Under the pieces are notes generated by a model. It saw only the letters and a list, made by a program, of their open reading frames with translations, ran no database searches and was not told the DNA's origin. From the UHGV virus genome UHGV-0090257: a DNA stretch of 36,853 bases. One strand, written 5' to 3'. A program made the translations under genes and the position numbers. Source of the DNA: a virus. Shown one piece after another: positions 36,804 through 36,853 of this stretch; the first letter of the stretch is position 1, and each line of letters opens with the position of its first letter.

Positions 36804-36853
36804 AAATAATATTTGGTACGCTCAGAAATAATAGTTTGGTACACATCTGGTAC
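36804..36853. repeat. Direct repeats upstream of int (candidate integrase arm sites / att-proximal)
   Basis: AAATAATATTTGGTAC (36804..36819) and AAATAATAGTTTGGTAC (36826..36842), plus CTGGTAC at the window end. Confidence 0.4.

Overview
The window is almost entirely one lambdoid prophage with a P22/Sf6-type (short-tailed) virion module, lying inverted relative to the usual lambda map. All family assignments are from reading the supplied translations against remembered sequences; no database search was run. Left to right: tailspike, ejection proteins, tail hub/needle, coat, scaffold, portal and terminase on the minus strand (86..15423); a small antisense cassette (15450..15916); accessory genes (Rha-like, DUF551-like) each followed by a hairpin terminator (15992..17359); a lambda-type lysis cassette S-R-Rz/Rz1 (17706..18923); pR' and Q (19347..20103); a nin region in which an MT-A70-like adenine methyltransferase sits where ninC would be (20100..23406); small genes in the ren slot and a tR2-like terminator (23407..24700); DnaC-like loader and O-like initiator with ori iterons (24697..26438); the immunity region cII-nutR-cro-OR-cI-membrane protein-OL/pL-nutL-N (26473..29138); an early-left operon with AT-rich N-proximal ORFs, cIII, a Kil-like ORF, RecT, Gp157-like and Ead/Ea22-like genes (29147..35422); and an AlpA-type excisionase plus tyrosine integrase at the right edge (35453..36803). 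No rRNA, tRNA or CRISPR array was found, and the att sites and bacterial flanks lie outside the window. The best candidates for an undescribed function are the accessory slots: the membrane protein co-transcribed with cI, the antisense cassette beside terS, the AT-rich ORFs after N, the ren-slot genes and the divergent tailspike receptor domain.
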